A DNA stretch of 64,000 nt from Rhizodiscina lignyota (Eukaryota), in NCBI GenBank assembly GCA_010015805.1, contig ML978135.1, positions 1 to 64,000 of the forward strand. The letters run 5' to 3'. Every line of letters starts with the position of its first letter. Positions within the stretch are counted from its first letter, which is position 1. The notes beneath the pieces were generated by a model, which was given only the letters and a program-made list of their open reading frames with translations, had not been told where the DNA came from and ran no database searches. The position numbers and the translations under genes are program-made. Of this stretch, positions 59,665 through 64,000 are shown one piece after another.

Positions 59665-60629
59665 GGTGATGCGCCGCTTCTCATGGCTCGTCAGTGTCGT
59701 TCATGGTGGAGAGAGAAAGATGAGGCACGATGCGGCGTCAGATTGCGTGCATTGCTTTGTTGTCGGGTCTAAGGTCGCATGAGGCGAAGCGCGGGAGCGA
59801 AATGCCTATACGTCAGAGTGGAGGAGCGAGGGGCAGGCAGATGGCTTGCGAGATGCCTGCCGCTCGGGACTTTGCTGCTGCAGCTAACACGGCCGTCAGT
59901 CCGGCTTACAGCGGCTATTTCAACGTGCCTCAGTCAGCAGTCTAGATGATGGAGCGAGCCTGAGGAATGGCTTTGAGGAGAAAGGTGCTGTGCGAGTCCG
60001 GCGCTTGTCTGGCCTGCTTCTGCTCTTTATATCCCGAGTTTGCGGGGTGAGTGACTGCTTTGTCTAACAAGCAGCACGAACACGGAGCGAGCTACTACGA
60101 TATTACTTAACAGGGCATTCGGGCACGAGTGCAGGCTGCTGAGGCATCAGACACCACCACCGAGCCCGCTCGAGTCGCGGGGATGAGGCTGGTAACCTCC
60201 AGCCCGAGGCCGGTATGACAAGATGCGAGTGAGTCGTCAAAGCTGTCCGATGCTTTCCCATTTCGAAATATGAAAGAGTTGGGACTTGGGAATCTCCAAT
60301 CAATGTCGTTTCCACTGGTCCTAGGGGCGCAGTATTGCCGTTGAGACCGTTGTGCTCATTGGCACCAATCAGTCCACTGCGATTGGAGACAGTTACATTT
60401 CTTTCTGCCATAATAGGAGTAGTAGAATTGCTTTCCAACGTTTCCACTTCCTCGACAGCCTGTTCCACTTTCTTCTCTATATCAACTGATCGCCCCAGCC
60501 ACTGTTCCTGCACAATCAACCAACAAGGACTGACACAGACTGCAACCAAAAATTCGCAATCCCAAGGCTACACAAACAGCGCATCATAGATATCTACGAG
60601 GGCGCAAATAACGGAATCTGTTATCCAAC

Positions 60630-61621
60630 ATGACTCCAAAAGGGCCGGGAAATAACCATTTTCGCCCAAGACATATCAGCACATTCTGGAAATCTAGAAT
60701 ACCCGATATTGAAACCCTGAAGAAATTGGTACCAAACTCAGTACTCGTTGGCTTTGATATCAAGTCATCGCTTCAGCAAGATGTCGTCAAGGAAATTGGC
60801 CTAGCATTCCTTCGAGTTGACGGACAAGCGCCTCATTTCTGGCCTGGATCTCTACAATCATTTCACGACCAAAACAAGTTTCAAGTGTCTTCTGTCCAGG
60901 TCTGCAACAGGGTGTCTCTTCCCCGTGAGAAATTCGATTATGGCACGGAATTTGTTGTTCAGGCCGAAGAAGTTGCTCCGCTGGTGGAAAGGTTAGTTTC
61001 CCTGCTCAAGGGAAAGGGCAACCTGGTACTCGTTGGTTTTGACTTATTCCACGTGATGCGATGGATATCACGGGAAGCTCCCGCACTCTCTTCGTTGTTC
61101 ATGGCTTGGGTGACTTGCAACAGCTCGTTGCGACACGCTGCGAAGGCCGCCAAATCGGACTGATGGACACCTTAAAGGCGATTGGTGTGGACAGCAACCA
61201 TTCCGGATGCCGCAGGGGATCAAATGATGCAGTGAGGTGCCTGGCCATTCTCTCTGGCCTCGTATCTTCTGCCCCCTTTACAGCCCCGAGTCCTGAGGTG
61301 ACACTCTATAACCGACCCCGCAAATCGAGTGGAGGGGATCATCTCACAGTCAGAATCGCAACTGCTGATGGCAGCACGCTTCCCTCTGAGCTCAAGTCGC
61401 CAAAGGCCGTCGCTGAGCATTTTGCGGAATACGAGCTCGAGACGGTGGCGGTGAATCGTCGGGATCAGTACACCAGAGAGAATGAAGCTAGTTATTGGTG
61501 GTTATCATTTCAAACGGCAGAGTCGTTGGAGAGCTTTACGACTAAGACAAACGGATCTATGCTTAATGGCAAGAGGCTGGTGGTGGATAGCTTAGCGTGC
61601 ATGGACAAGGGCCAGATATAG
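60630..61621 (+). pseudogene. Frameshifted Gfd2/QIP-like (DEDD-fold) exonuclease homolog with RRM-like tail
   Basis: ORF1 has LVGFDIK, EIGLAFL, REKFDYG, LVLVGFD and ends ..AWV; ORF2 resumes DLQQLV..GL.DTLKA.G..SNDAVRCLAIL in another frame at ~61110, with no intron signals. Confidence 0.65.
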
Positions 61622-61975
61622 GCAGGCATTGGTGTTATGATTGTGAGCTATTTCTGAAGAACTTCAAAGAGAGAATTGAAACGGATCTGCATTCATAGTC
61701 TCAACTATCATAATGCAGCACTTCTGGCACCGAGACTTCATATTTGGGCGAAACCACGCAATGAGAAAGCTCGGGCTCAGTTCTCGTAGGGGTAGGGGAT
61801 GGGGAAACCTCGGGCCGGGTCGGAGCTCCGAGGGAGGCGAGAAGCTCGTGGAAGAACCTTAAGGAAACTTTTTTCTCCATTCATCCAACCATCCAAACTC
61901 TCCCCCTTACTACATCGCTCGCTGTAGCTTTCTCGTGCTTCTGCAGAGCTTCTATAATCACATTAGTACATCATT

Positions 61976-64000
<2,025 letters not shown>

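Noticed and set aside
61760..61870. Heat-shock elements upstream of SSC1
   Set aside because: Only isolated GAA units; no three-unit nGAAnnTTCn array.

Overview
Gene-dense genomic window from a filamentous ascomycete (Pezizomycotina), judged from GT-AG introns with CTRAC/CTAAY branch sites and fungal gene families. I can support about 25 protein-coding loci; no rRNA, tRNA, CRISPR array or intact transposon was seen. The left 24 kb is rich in metabolic and transport genes: SDR, cystathionine gamma-synthase-like PLP enzyme, cyclase-family hydrolase, RGS protein, MetX/MekB-like alpha/beta hydrolase, DHA2 MFS exporter, TOXF-like aminotransferase, Erv2, and a divergent NCS1 permease / arylsulfotransferase-like pair. 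A HET-domain gene follows. The rest is mostly housekeeping or regulatory (CSI2-like, FCF1, CYM1, taxilin, nitronate monooxygenase, bZIP, SWIM protein, POL31, DUF2415 WD40-like, mitochondrial Hsp70), plus an orphan P450, a HeLo-like protein and a frameshifted Gfd2/QIP-like exonuclease. The most striking unexplained structure is the 263-nt second intron of the NCS1 permease, whose ends form a ~37-40 nt stem with G-U-compatible mismatches on the transcribed strand. It is a candidate structured regulatory RNA or MITE-like insertion, in a gene paired head-to-head with a bacterial-looking arylsulfotransferase. All family calls come from motif recognition, not database searches.
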